Source: Minisyncoccota bacterium
Lineage (GTDB): Bacteria > Patescibacteriota > Minisyncoccia > 2-02-FULL-40-12 > IGHO2-01-FULL-4-A
Assembly: GCA_036517175.1 (NCBI GenBank)
Contig: DATDXQ010000028.1
Location: forward strand, 2,113 to 66,112
DNA: 64,000 nucleotides
Reading direction: 5' to 3'
The notes beneath the pieces were generated by a model. It was given only the letters and a program-made list of their open reading frames with translations. It searched no databases and was not told the DNA's origin. Made by a program: the position numbers and the translations under genes. Of this stretch, positions 1 to 10,077 are shown one piece after another (positions within the stretch are counted from its first letter, which is position 1; each line of letters begins with the position of its first letter).

Positions 1-295
1 CCTCTAATAGACGCTTATTTTTGCCAAAATGTTGCTTAAGCAATTTCAACCTATCCTCCTGGAACATGACCGCGGTTTCGAATAATTCCTTAGGATTAGT
101 CGCCACCCCAAGCTTGGGTGAAGCAATTTTTCGGTACTTACCCGCATAGTATTTTTTGAGCTCATTGGATGAAACATTTTGACCCAACATACCAAGGTCA
201 CATTTCGCACAATAAAAAACCGGCACCTTCTCGCCACCTCTAAGTTTTTTGCTTAAAATTTCACTTATTTTTTCCTTACAAATTAGGCAAATCAT
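1..295 (-). CDS. Class I SAM-dependent methyltransferase with N-terminal Cys motifs (runs off window edge; not in ORF track)
   Basis: Manual translation from ATG at 295: MICLICKEK...FYCAKCDLG...YYAGKYR...KNKRLLE, leading into SAM motif I at the window edge. Confidence 0.75.
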   Translation of the reverse strand, partial: MICLICKEKISEILSKKLRGGEKVPVFYCAKCDLGMLGQNVSSNELKKYYAGKYRKIASPKLGVATNPKELFETAVMFQEDRLKLLKQHFGKNKRLLE

Positions 296-357
296 AAATA
301 AAAAAGAGACATTTAAGTCTCTTCAAGATAACACGCAAAAATACTTGTGGCAATATT

Positions 358-1296
358 TTAAAATTTAGGCCAAAGGGCAGGATCAACCTGCTCCGGATCG
401 CTTATCGCCAGTTCGGAAAGTCTAAGACAAACCTCATCTGGTAATGGACCATACTCAGCAGCAAGTACGGCCTCATAAAGATGCTCTAACTTATTCGTAC
501 CGATCAAAGATGTCGAAATAGAAAAATCCTTAGACAATGCAAAACGAATAGCCAAAGAAGGCAAACTCATACTCAACTCCGTAGCTATTCTATTCGCCTC
601 CAAAGAATTATTTTTTAATAAATTTAACTCCCTTGGTAGATCTACTGCGCAATCGCCCAATACACCCCTCAAAAGAATAGAACGGTTGATCACACCTACG
701 TTTTCCATAAGGGCCATGGGAAGAAAAAGGTCCCCCAATCTCTGATCCAGAATACTGTATGCAATATTAACTACATCAAAAAAATCGCAACTAACTGCCG
801 CCATCGCAGCAAGTTCACCACGAATTGAAATGCCTGAAAACTGTATCTTTCCTTCCTGTTTAAGTTTGCTCAACACCTCTATCAAATCTCCCCTTTTTAT
901 CTGTGCCCGACTACCTCCGTGCAATTGCAAAATGGTAAGAGAATCAACTTGCAAGTTACGTAAATTATCTTCAACCTCAGTTCTTATTCTTCTCTCCAAT
1001 TCTACTCTCGGTGGATCTTCACCTTTTTCAAGAAAGTGGGCGCACTTAGTGGCAATGATTACGCCTGGCAATTTAGCTATGCCCGACTTAGCAATTCTTT
1101 CATCAGCGCGTTGGTGAATATGTGCCGTATCAAAAAGATTAATTCCCAAATCAACAGCCCCCCTGAGCAATTGAATGGCTTGTAGCTCAGTCGGCACTGT
1201 ACGCAGCCCAATTCCGTAGGGCATACCTATTTCTGCGGTTCCTAAACCCAGACGCGAAACCCGCAATCCGGTTCGTCCCATTGTTTTGTATTGCAT
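358..1296 (-). CDS. Aldo/keto reductase
   Basis: GRTGLRVSRLGLGT, FDTA, IATK, LQLH and GIS motifs typical of the AKR family. Confidence 0.9.
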   Translation of the reverse strand: MQYKTMGRTGLRVSRLGLGTAEIGMPYGIGLRTVPTELQAIQLLRGAVDLGINLFDTAHIHQRADERIAKSGIAKLPGVIIATKCAHFLEKGEDPPRVELERRIRTEVEDNLRNLQVDSLTILQLHGGSRAQIKRGDLIEVLSKLKQEGKIQFSGISIRGELAAMAAVSCDFFDVVNIAYSILDQRLGDLFLPMALMENVGVINRSILLRGVLGDCAVDLPRELNLLKNNSLEANRIATELSMSLPSLAIRFALSKDFSISTSLIGTNKLEHLYEAVLAAEYGPLPDEVCLRLSELAISDPEQVDPALWPKF

Positions 1297-1386
1297 TTTA
1301 TTTTCTCTATCATTTTAAATGAACTCTGGCAAAATAACATATTTTATTAAAAAAGTAAACCCCACTAAAATGCGGGGATAAAAATA

Positions 1387-2205
1387 TCACAAAGAGGTCT
1401 GGCCGCCATCAACTATCAAATTCTGGCCAGTCATAAAAGAAGATGCATCGGAACAAAGAAACAACAGAGCACCCTGATAGTCGTTCGGCCTTGCCGGACG
1501 GCGAAGCATATTGCGCTCACCAAGCTTAGCAAGAAATTCCGGTTCAATTGAGCCGAAGTTTACCGCACCAGGAGATAAGGCATTACATCGAATATTAGGC
1601 GCTACCATTGCGAAATAAGCAGCCCAAGTCTTTGCCAGATGCACAACTGCAGCCTTTACTACGGGATAAGCAACTGACTTATATCTTCCAGGTTTGTACT
1701 TTCTATGATCTGGAACAGTTATCGCTGAGGTTGAACCAATATTTACAATGCATCCCATGTTTCTGGGTATCATATGTCTTGAAACCGCCTGCGTGCAATT
1801 CTGAGCTCCTATTAAACCAACCTCCAATTCTAACTTAAATTGCTCCAACGGGAATTCTTCGTAACGAGACCAGTCCGCATCCTCGGACAAATCGGCAACA
1901 CCAGCATTAACCTTTGGATTGAGCGCAGCATTGTTTATCAAGACATCGACACTCCCAAACATACCCACAACAGAATCAACATTTGCTTTTGCAGATCTCG
2001 GCTTGGTTATATCAACATGTAGTTGAAGGACACCTAACGCTTCTAACTTATTTGAATGATCGGCAACATCAAACGACACAACCTTAGCTCCGGCGGCTTT
2101 GAGTATTTCCGCATGTCTAATCCCCAATCTGCCTGCTCCGCCGGTAATAATTGCTACCTTGCCTTCCAAGGAAAATAGATTCCCTATTTTTTGCTGATCC
2201 ATCAT
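1387..2205 (-). CDS. Short-chain dehydrogenase/reductase (PtmA-like)
   Basis: TGGAGRLG, NNAA, YxxxK (YPVVK), TGQNLIVDGG; start placed at the ATGA overlap with the upstream stop. Confidence 0.9.
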   Translation of the reverse strand: MMDQQKIGNLFSLEGKVAIITGGAGRLGIRHAEILKAAGAKVVSFDVADHSNKLEALGVLQLHVDITKPRSAKANVDSVVGMFGSVDVLINNAALNPKVNAGVADLSEDADWSRYEEFPLEQFKLELEVGLIGAQNCTQAVSRHMIPRNMGCIVNIGSTSAITVPDHRKYKPGRYKSVAYPVVKAAVVHLAKTWAAYFAMVAPNIRCNALSPGAVNFGSIEPEFLAKLGERNMLRRPARPNDYQGALLFLCSDASSFMTGQNLIVDGGQTSL

Positions 2206-3023
2206 TCTGTTCCTCCATACACGCTTGTTAACCAATATTTACAAAGTTCAAAATAAGTCTGGTTCAAAACAACGTCGTCCTTATTCTCTGATCGGGCACC
2301 CTGAATTATAAATGGCCTTACATAATCAACCCTTTCTAGAGCCTTGAAGGCGCCAAATATATCCGCACAGCCCATGCCAAGAGGAACAGTCTCCCCTCCA
2401 TTAGGCATCCTGTCTTTTACATGAACTCCAACAATATGAGAACCCAGTAGCGAAATTTCTCCAGGAACATCAACTCCCACACTTGCCATGTTTCCAATGT
2501 CATAATAGACACCGATATGCGGATCGTTAAAAGAAGAAACAAAATCCAACAATTCAGAAGCCGGCATTTCAGATTCAATACCTATTTGGACGCCCGTATT
2601 TTTGCAAATACTTAGGACTCGTTTCAACAAAGTCCGCGCTGATTGTTTATCTTCTAAAGTTTTCAAGGTATTTTCTTTAAAGAAAGATACCAAAACAACT
2701 GAAGCCCCAATCTTGTGAGCTGAATTAATTATCGAACCCAAAACCATAGGATAGCCATCGCTCTTTTCATAAAATCCATGCACTGAAGGAAGATACAATC
2801 TATTACCGCCCGATAACCAGCTCAACTCAGAAATACCGCCATAATACCAGAGCGGGCTCTTTTTGTATTTCTTGGCCTTAACCAATAGTTCCACACAATC
2901 AAAGCCAATCTTTTTTGCGACAGGAAACTCTGCCTGCCAATCTTCTGGAAAAAACTGGATACTACCATCGGGAGAAGGCGTAAGTCGCCCCTGCAATATC
3001 CCAAGCAGAGGGATGTTTGCCAT
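2202..3023 (-). CDS. Sugar-phosphate isomerase/epimerase (xylose isomerase-like TIM barrel, hexulose-6-P isomerase-like)
   Basis: GILQGRL...IQFFP, YYDIGN, HVKD, VPLGMG; AAGGAG RBS before ATG 3023. Confidence 0.8.
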   Translation of the reverse strand: MANIPLLGILQGRLTPSPDGSIQFFPEDWQAEFPVAKKIGFDCVELLVKAKKYKKSPLWYYGGISELSWLSGGNRLYLPSVHGFYEKSDGYPMVLGSIINSAHKIGASVVLVSFFKENTLKTLEDKQSARTLLKRVLSICKNTGVQIGIESEMPASELLDFVSSFNDPHIGVYYDIGNMASVGVDVPGEISLLGSHIVGVHVKDRMPNGGETVPLGMGCADIFGAFKALERVDYVRPFIIQGARSENKDDVVLNQTYFELCKYWLTSVYGGTE

Positions 3024-3092
3024 TAATTTACTCCTTAAAATTATTAAACAGCATCCCACTAAAATATCATTTATTTACAAAAGGTCAACCCA

Positions 3093-4466
3093 TCAGATGA
3101 TTCTACTCGTCTCTTTTACAGATTCCTCAAAAACACGAACACCTTCTTTGAGTGCGGCATCTGGTATGGTGAGTGGTGGCGCAAGCTTGATTGACTCACG
3201 CCCAGTGTGGACCAGTAACAAACCCTTCTGCATAGCAAGTTCACAAACACGGCTAGCAAAATCACCATCTGGCTCTCCGGTCCTTGATTTTTTGAATAAC
3301 ACCGCAGCCACAAGTCCTCGTCCGTTTATATGAGCAATGTGCTGAGGATATTTTTGCTTGATTTCGTTAAGCATGCCGAACAGAATCTCACCTTTTCTCG
3401 AAGACTCGCCGACCAAATTTCTTGATTCTATCTCTTCTAAATTAGCCAGCCCGGCGGCACACGCCAAAGCATTACCAGAATGAGTACTGTGTCCAACGTC
3501 AGCTAATTCCGCCAGATCAATCAGATCCCTTCTTCCAACAACCGCCGATAAGGGCAGGCTACTACTCAACCCCTTCCCAAGACAAATTAAATCCGGTTTT
3601 ATTTTATAGTGTTCGAAGGCAAACAACTTACCAGTTCTGCCAAAACCGCTTTGTATTTCATCGACAGTAATCAAAAGTTTGTTAATTTTTGCGAACTTAA
3701 TTAATTCGTCCAAATAAGGCTTGGGGTAAAATAATGCTCCCCAACCCTGATAGGCCTCAATCATGACCCCACACAAATTTTCTATTTTCAATCCTTTGCT
3801 AACAAGATCCTTTATATCACTCCTAAATTTCTCCGCCCAATCAATTTTTTTATTTTCCCAACTAAACGGGAAAGGTAACCGATGAATATTTGGATCAGAA
3901 AAACCAAAAACATTAATAAACTTGGCATTACCCTTTAGCGTTTGAGCAACACTTGAAACACCGTGCATATTCCCAAGAAAAGAAAGAACACCAATTTTGT
4001 TCTTATTCGTGAGTTGTCCGTTAACTCTCATTATCAAAACAGCACATTCAGCAACTTCTGTTCCAGAAGAAGCCAAGATAACTTTTTGGCAAAAATCTGG
4101 GGTCACATCAATAAGTTTTTTAGCAAATTTATTTTTTATATCAGTAGGATAATCGTAAGCATGCAGAAGATCATCATTAACCTGTCCAATTATTGCCTTT
4201 TTTATCTTCTTATTTGAATGTCCGCTATTCGCAACAAAAATAGTCGAGGTAAAATCAATCCATTTGTTACCGGCTCCGTCAAAAACGTTAAAATCGATTG
4301 CCCGATCCCAAGCCAGTGGTATCTGTCGTGGCGGCAGACCAACACCAAACCTACCGCCCCCTCTTATTATCTTGACTGTTTCTGGCGAAGGAATGGACGT
4401 TTTTATTATTCTGTATTTTGTCTTAACAAGAGTTACTTTTTTTGGTTTTAAGGAAAAATTATACAT
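3093..4466 (-). CDS. Class III PLP-dependent aminotransferase
   Basis: SGTE, DEIQSGFGRTG, PDLICLGKGL, GRGL and LAPPL motifs. Confidence 0.92.
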   Translation of the reverse strand: MYNFSLKPKKVTLVKTKYRIIKTSIPSPETVKIIRGGGRFGVGLPPRQIPLAWDRAIDFNVFDGAGNKWIDFTSTIFVANSGHSNKKIKKAIIGQVNDDLLHAYDYPTDIKNKFAKKLIDVTPDFCQKVILASSGTEVAECAVLIMRVNGQLTNKNKIGVLSFLGNMHGVSSVAQTLKGNAKFINVFGFSDPNIHRLPFPFSWENKKIDWAEKFRSDIKDLVSKGLKIENLCGVMIEAYQGWGALFYPKPYLDELIKFAKINKLLITVDEIQSGFGRTGKLFAFEHYKIKPDLICLGKGLSSSLPLSAVVGRRDLIDLAELADVGHSTHSGNALACAAGLANLEEIESRNLVGESSRKGEILFGMLNEIKQKYPQHIAHINGRGLVAAVLFKKSRTGEPDGDFASRVCELAMQKGLLLVHTGRESIKLAPPLTIPDAALKEGVRVFEESVKETSRII

Positions 4467-4494
4467 ATATAATTATAATGACTATAAATTTATT

Positions 4495-5253
4495 TTAGTT
4501 TTCTTTTTTGAAATTAGCTTTTAAATAATCGTAAACAGAATTATCTTGTTTCTTTGTAAAGATGTATTCCAAATATTCAACATCCTCAGGCGTATCAATT
4601 TCGATCGTAAATGGGGTTTCAAAAGCCAGTGATTTCTGACCATAAAATAGGCCTGGGTTCTGTTTAATAAAATCAGGCCTGACAATATCAACATAGCCGT
4701 TTGGATGAAAAGCGGTAGGAAACGATTGCCTAGGCAAATTATAATACTCAGGCCTGGGATCATCAGGAAAAAAACCGGTCCAGTAGCCACCCTCTCCAAT
4801 TTTAAACATCTTCTGCGGCGGTTCTGCTAGCTTGTGTGCTGAACGAAGAGAGGTCGCCCTTGGGTCTGCTCCCAGCTTCTCAATAGCAGAATCCATCATA
4901 ATTGGATCACGGAGCGGCGTCGCCGGCCGTAGTTGAACTAACAGGTCAGGTAGATCGCCCTCATTTTCCTCAAGCCACTTTATTGCATGAGTAAAAACAT
5001 CCAGGTCAGTAGAATTATCCTGGGCAAACTCTTCGGGTCTGATGAATGGCACTTCTGCACCATATTTTTTCGCAATTTCAGAAATTTCAGGCGAGTTGGT
5101 TGATACTATATTCCTACTAATCCTTTTGCTGAGTTTTGATGCAGCTATTGAGTATGCGATAACGGGATACCCACCCAAAAACTTGATGTTCTTACCGGGA
5201 ACACCCTTTGATCCACCGCGAGCTTGGATTATAGAGTAGATTTTTTGACTCAT
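4495..5253 (-). CDS. neuA: Acylneuraminate (ulosonate) cytidylyltransferase
   Basis: IIQARGGSKGVPGKN, LRPATPLR, EIDTPED. Confidence 0.9.
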   Translation of the reverse strand: MSQKIYSIIQARGGSKGVPGKNIKFLGGYPVIAYSIAASKLSKRISRNIVSTNSPEISEIAKKYGAEVPFIRPEEFAQDNSTDLDVFTHAIKWLEENEGDLPDLLVQLRPATPLRDPIMMDSAIEKLGADPRATSLRSAHKLAEPPQKMFKIGEGGYWTGFFPDDPRPEYYNLPRQSFPTAFHPNGYVDIVRPDFIKQNPGLFYGQKSLAFETPFTIEIDTPEDVEYLEYIFTKKQDNSVYDYLKANFKKEN

Positions 5254-5359
5254 GTTATTTAAGTAGACGATGATTCAAGGCGCTAAGTTCTTATCTGCTA
5301 AATTACAATAAAAATGGAAAAAAGGCAATAAAAAACCGCGCATGCGGTTTGTTAAAAGA

Positions 5360-6340
5360 TCATCCTTTACGTCTTAATTTTCTCATTACTTCAACTTCTT
5401 GGGGGTAAATTTGCACCACGCCATCGCCCTTTGCGATTTCAAATTCACGAATCCAACGACATAATGTTCTCAATTCTTCGGGCTCTATTGAACTAGCCTG
5501 ATCGCTGCCCCACATGGAACGCTCAAGGGTTATGTGTTTTTCTACAATACACGCCCCCATTGCAACAGCGGCAAAAGTCGGAACAATGCCACTATCATGA
5601 CTAGAGAAACCAGTGTCTACGGAAAGTTGATTTCGAAGATTTTCAATACATCTCAAGTTAATCATTTCCAAAATCTCTGATCCAGCATTAAGGGTTTGCG
5701 GATAAACACTCGTACAGTGTAAAACAACTAAACTATTTGTGCCGCCTAAAACACTTATGGCGTGCCTTATCATATTCATGTTACTCATGCCCGTAGAAAG
5801 AATTATAGGCCTTCCCTTACTCCGAATATACCTGAGAAGACCATCGTCAGTCAGACAAGGTGAGGCAATTTTATGACAAGGCGGATTGAACTCTTCCAAA
5901 AAATCAACGCTTTCTTCATCCCAAGGAGAGGCAAACCACAATATTCCTTTCTCGCGACAGTACAGATCTATTTGACTGTACTCTTCACGAGTAAACTCTA
6001 GAGCCCATTTAAGATCACCGTTGGTTGAATTCTCAAAACTTGAACTCTCTAGACGATTAACTGATTCATCGGAAAGCACACCTCTTTTTACGGCATTCAC
6101 AAGAACATCTTTGTTAACTTGTCGAGGTTTTGTCAGACTACCAGGATCATAATTTGCACTTGAAGAATAAACTATGGGTATCGTTCTCTTCTGAAATTTA
6201 ACGGCATCACAGCCGGCCGACACGGCCACGTCTATCAACTTTTTGGCTATTTCAACACTGCCATTATGATTAATGCCTATTTCAGCAACTATAAATACCT
6301 TCTCATTGTGACCCACACGTCTCTTATCGATTACAAACAC
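5360..6340 (-). CDS. neuB: N-acetylneuraminate synthase family, no C-terminal SAF domain
   Basis: AEIGINHNG, AVKFQKR, KIAS, LSTGMS, LHCTSVYP, GFSSH, EKHITL..GSDQ. Confidence 0.93.
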   Translation of the reverse strand: MFVIDKRRVGHNEKVFIVAEIGINHNGSVEIAKKLIDVAVSAGCDAVKFQKRTIPIVYSSSANYDPGSLTKPRQVNKDVLVNAVKRGVLSDESVNRLESSSFENSTNGDLKWALEFTREEYSQIDLYCREKGILWFASPWDEESVDFLEEFNPPCHKIASPCLTDDGLLRYIRSKGRPIILSTGMSNMNMIRHAISVLGGTNSLVVLHCTSVYPQTLNAGSEILEMINLRCIENLRNQLSVDTGFSSHDSGIVPTFAAVAMGACIVEKHITLERSMWGSDQASSIEPEELRTLCRWIREFEIAKGDGVVQIYPQEVEVMRKLRRKG

Positions 6341-6418
6341 AGCAAACCCCTCTTTGATATTGCAAAGAACCTTTCGTTACATAATCAGATATTTTAAAAT
6401 TAATCAATATTGACAACA

Positions 6419-7030
6419 TTAACAGATGTCTTCCTCAATCAGTCTACAAAGTTCGTGAATGGCAAAAAGGTGCACCTCCTGGATTAACGAGGTTTTATCA
6501 CTAGGTGCGATAATCATGGCATCAACCCCACCAAGAAGATAATCTGTTCCGGCACCAAAGAATCCTATTCTCTTGACTCCCCCCATTGCCTTCGCGGCGT
6601 TAAAACCCTCTATTATATTTCGCGATTGATTGTGTTTCTGATTAGGATCACTCGTAGTAAAACCGATTACCAAATCACCAGGCCTGGCAAGCGCTTCAAT
6701 CTGTCTAGCGAAAACCATATGAAAACCGAAGTCATTGCTTTGGGCTGTGAGTATTGAGCTGTCTGTAGTCAATGCTATTGCGGCAATAGGCTTACGAACT
6801 TTCTCAAACTTACATACAAGTTCTGCAGCAAAATGTTGTGCCTCTGCCGCTGACCCCCCATTTCCGAAAAGCAAAATTTTACCACCAGAGTCTATGCATT
6901 CCTTTATTAACTGGTAAATCTCCAGAATACTAGTGACGAACTTGTCACTTAAAAGCACCGTGTATAAGTCGCGCCTACTATTTATTTCCATAATTATCTT
7001 GGCCTTAATAGTAACGACTGAATTTTTCAT
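6419..7030 (-). CDS. gmhA: SIS-domain phosphoheptose isomerase-like protein
   Basis: GNGGSAAEAQHFAAEL, NDFGF, FARQIEAL, IQEVH; the STSG motif is altered to TTSD. Confidence 0.8.
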   Translation of the reverse strand: MKNSVVTIKAKIIMEINSRRDLYTVLLSDKFVTSILEIYQLIKECIDSGGKILLFGNGGSAAEAQHFAAELVCKFEKVRKPIAAIALTTDSSILTAQSNDFGFHMVFARQIEALARPGDLVIGFTTSDPNQKHNQSRNIIEGFNAAKAMGGVKRIGFFGAGTDYLLGGVDAMIIAPSDKTSLIQEVHLFAIHELCRLIEEDIC

Positions 7031-7117
7031 TACGCACCTCATTTTTAATCAACTAAACACAAACTAAAACAAAGATGGCCAAAAGTAAACTTGATTAGAT
7101 TTGAAGTTCCAACATCT

Positions 7118-7840
7118 TTAGTGCTTGATTTTCCAAGGCAGGCAAAGAGATTCCCAGATGAGTTTATTGGAAATTTTGGATTGACCCTGGGTCCTATCCG
7201 AGACAACCACAGGATATTCAGATATTTTGTAGCCCGCACCTATTATTTTGTGCTTCAGCTCGATTCTAATCGCAGTACCAGCAGACCTAATTGAATCAAG
7301 ATCTAAAGACACAAGAACACTCTTCTTGAGAACAAAGAAGGCGGACGCAACATCCTTCATTGGTATGCCCAATGTTAAGCGAAGATACAATGCGGCAAGA
7401 CGACTCAAAAGAGTCCTCTTTAAGCCCCAGCCAGATGCACCCCCGCCCTTTACATATCTTGAACCGACAACTATATCGCATCCAGGCTGCGACAAACTCT
7501 CAACCATTCCAGGAATATACTTGGGATCATGAGACAGATCAGCATCCATCATAATTATCGTATCGTAGCGATTATCTGGAATCAGTCTTTTAAAACCATC
7601 GATATAAGACCTACCGAATCCCCTATCTGTCGTCCTTAACATAAAATCAAGATTAGGAAATTCTTTTTTAAGATTTGCCACCTCTTCGGTCGTCTTATCT
7701 GGGGAGTTGTCGTCAACAACCAACATAGAAGCACCGGGCAACGCATTAAAAAAGTCCCTCACCAAAAAGCCTATGGACTGACGTTCATTATAAGTAGGCA
7801 CTATCGCTATCACCTTAGAATAAGTATCATCCATGTCCAT
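7118..7840 (-). CDS. GT2 polyprenol-phosphate mannose synthase (DPM1-like)
   Basis: PTYNE, VDDNSPD, MDADLSHDP, GSRYVKGG, DRTQGQSK. Confidence 0.88.
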   Translation of the reverse strand: MDMDDTYSKVIAIVPTYNERQSIGFLVRDFFNALPGASMLVVDDNSPDKTTEEVANLKKEFPNLDFMLRTTDRGFGRSYIDGFKRLIPDNRYDTIIMMDADLSHDPKYIPGMVESLSQPGCDIVVGSRYVKGGGASGWGLKRTLLSRLAALYLRLTLGIPMKDVASAFFVLKKSVLVSLDLDSIRSAGTAIRIELKHKIIGAGYKISEYPVVVSDRTQGQSKISNKLIWESLCLPWKIKH

Positions 7841-7845
7841 GGCGC

Positions 7846-8427
7846 TTAAGACAACTGGTCCATCCTCCCGTCCTGGATATCACTTGCAGCGTTACGATGG
7901 GACGGATGTATTTCATCACTAGCAGAAACCTCTTGCAACGTCATCCACTCCGGCTTAAAAATATCATCATCTGACCGAACACGAGCAACCTCTTCCAACG
8001 TCAGTGTTGTCACCACCGTAACACCGTTCATGTGGCAACCCCTATCCTGTGGCGGCTGTTCACGCAATGACCAAAGCCAAGAATCTGACCTTACAAACCG
8101 AAACCTTGCTGGATCAACATTAAGCCCGGTGTTTTTCAGTGTGTGGCGCGCTGCTGTGTCTCCATAGCTTTCACCTGGAATTTGCCTGCCCCCAGGAAAA
8201 GCCCAACCATTTTTATAGGGCTCATTATGTCTTCGCGCCATCAATATCTTCCCGTCTGGAGATATAAGTGCCGCATCAACACAGTTAACGACAATGTTGT
8301 CCAGAATGATTGTATATTCTTCGTCGGTAACCCGCCGCGCGTTTTTGCGAAGCTTACTAACTGTTTCCAGGTTTCCCGCACTGAGCGCTTTCCCATCTAT
8401 AAAGTATCTCTTATTTGTTTGAGTCAT
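7846..8427 (-). CDS. NUDIX hydrolase (GDP-mannose hydrolase-like)
   Basis: WAFPGGRQIPGES..TAAR degenerate Nudix box; adjacent to gmd. Confidence 0.7.
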   Translation of the reverse strand: MTQTNKRYFIDGKALSAGNLETVSKLRKNARRVTDEEYTIILDNIVVNCVDAALISPDGKILMARRHNEPYKNGWAFPGGRQIPGESYGDTAARHTLKNTGLNVDPARFRFVRSDSWLWSLREQPPQDRGCHMNGVTVVTTLTLEEVARVRSDDDIFKPEWMTLQEVSASDEIHPSHRNAASDIQDGRMDQLS

Positions 8428-8475
8428 TTTTTTACCTCCTTGTTAAAATAATATAAAGATAATAATGCCCAAAAG

Positions 8476-9498
8476 TCAACGCCGGCTTTCTAACATCAAC
8501 CTTACTAGTTTTCTGAAACTAGCCCTAGGTTGCCAACCCAATTTTCGTTTAATTTTAGAAATGTCGCCTACATAATATCCGCTCTCATTGCGATAAAAAT
8601 TTGGGTTAATTTTTACAATAGTTCGTCCTGACTTATCCACTCCGACCTCATTAACTCCTTGGCCTTGCCATTTAACCACCGTGCCCAAAGATATCGCCGT
8701 AAGTTCCACCAACTCTCTGACCGTGTGCGCCTTACCGGTTGCAATTACAAAATCATCCGCCTTACGAGATTGGAGCATTTTCCACATTGCTTCAACATAA
8801 TCACCAGCATAACCCCAATCCCTAATGGTTTCTAAATTACCTAGCTCCAAACAATCAAGTTTATCGACCTTAATTTTGACCAATGAACTGGTCACCTTAT
8901 AAACAACCAAATCCTTCCGGCGTGGCGACTCATGATTAAACGAAAAACCGGAACAAACATAAAGTCCTTTTTTACGAAAAGGCAAAACATATTTTTGGTG
9001 AAGCTTTAGCTTAGATACGGCATACGGATTCTCCGGTTTAAATGCTGTGCGCTCACTCTGAGGCGGATGAGAACTGTCAAAAATCTGAGCCGATGACGCC
9101 ATAAACATTTTTACATTGGGCAAAATCTTAAAAGCATCTGCAATCATTTTACCAGGGGCTTCACAATTAACTTCCATGGTTTTCTCCGGATTCTTAAATG
9201 AAGTTGCCAAATCTGAAATTGCCGCAAGATTATATATCTCGCCAGGATTAAACTCATTCAGGATTTCACGAACCAAGGAGCGATCTGACAAATCGCCAAC
9301 AATTATTTCTATGTGTGATTTAATTTTAGGATCGCATCCATTAAATACTTTTTCGGCCGCCCTCTTATCTCTAACCAAACCGCAAACTACATAACCCTTG
9401 GAAACCAAAAGCTTTGACAGATAGTATCCGTCCTGTCCAGATATCCCAGTAATAAAGGCTCGCTTAGAAGTTTTGCCTTTCGTTTTGCTCTTTTTCAT
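8476..9498 (-). CDS. gmd: GDP-mannose 4,6-dehydratase
   Basis: ITGISGQDG, YNLAA, YAVSK, FNHESPRR, LGNL..RDWG..DYVEAMW. Confidence 0.88.
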   Translation of the reverse strand: MKKSKTKGKTSKRAFITGISGQDGYYLSKLLVSKGYVVCGLVRDKRAAEKVFNGCDPKIKSHIEIIVGDLSDRSLVREILNEFNPGEIYNLAAISDLATSFKNPEKTMEVNCEAPGKMIADAFKILPNVKMFMASSAQIFDSSHPPQSERTAFKPENPYAVSKLKLHQKYVLPFRKKGLYVCSGFSFNHESPRRKDLVVYKVTSSLVKIKVDKLDCLELGNLETIRDWGYAGDYVEAMWKMLQSRKADDFVIATGKAHTVRELVELTAISLGTVVKWQGQGVNEVGVDKSGRTIVKINPNFYRNESGYYVGDISKIKRKLGWQPRASFRKLVRLMLESRR

Positions 9499-9611
9499 AG
9501 AAATATAACTTAAAACCATTCTGACACCATACCCCCAATAGATCAATTAAAATAACCAGAAAACCAAGCTTGTATTTGTATTTATTAAGAAAAAAGATTT
9601 ATACTAATTTC

Positions 9612-10076
9612 ATGACCAAAAAGAAGAAAATAGAGAAACTATCTAATGAAAGGATGGAAATATTTTACCCAACCTGCAACATCGACACAGTAAAGGACGG
9701 TCGTGGCGGAATTTTTACATGGGTTCCTCCAGATGTTATAAAAGAATTCAACCTACTATATTTTACACCGGGAGCAACAAGGGGCAATCATTTTCACCCT
9801 GAGTTCGTTGAATATTCCTTGATAGTCGAAGGTCAGGGGGTAGCTGTGACTCGGGACAAAAAAAGTAAAGAAGAAAGAATAATACACCTCAGTAAAGGAT
9901 CTTGCGTAAGAACACCTCCGGGTGTTACCCACGCAATCTATGCCATAACAAACCTTACCGTAATGGCCCTGCTTACTAAACCATGGGATGATTGCAAGGT
10001 ACCCATAGTTAGGGAGAGCATATTTGAAGATAAGAAATCAAAAAAATTGTACAAGAAAAGTCTCCTTATAAAATAA
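9612..10076 (+). CDS. Cupin-fold NDP-sugar isomerase/epimerase (WxcM/FdtA-like)
   Basis: DGRG, RGNHFH, PPGVTHA cupin motifs. Confidence 0.8.
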   Translation: MTKKKKIEKLSNERMEIFYPTCNIDTVKDGRGGIFTWVPPDVIKEFNLLYFTPGATRGNHFHPEFVEYSLIVEGQGVAVTRDKKSKEERIIHLSKGSCVRTPPGVTHAIYAITNLTVMALLTKPWDDCKVPIVRESIFEDKKSKKLYKKSLLIK

Positions 10077-10077
10077 T

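Noticed and set aside
46-237. 63-aa ORF from the track
   Set aside because: An alternative frame of the methyltransferase that starts at 295 and runs off the window
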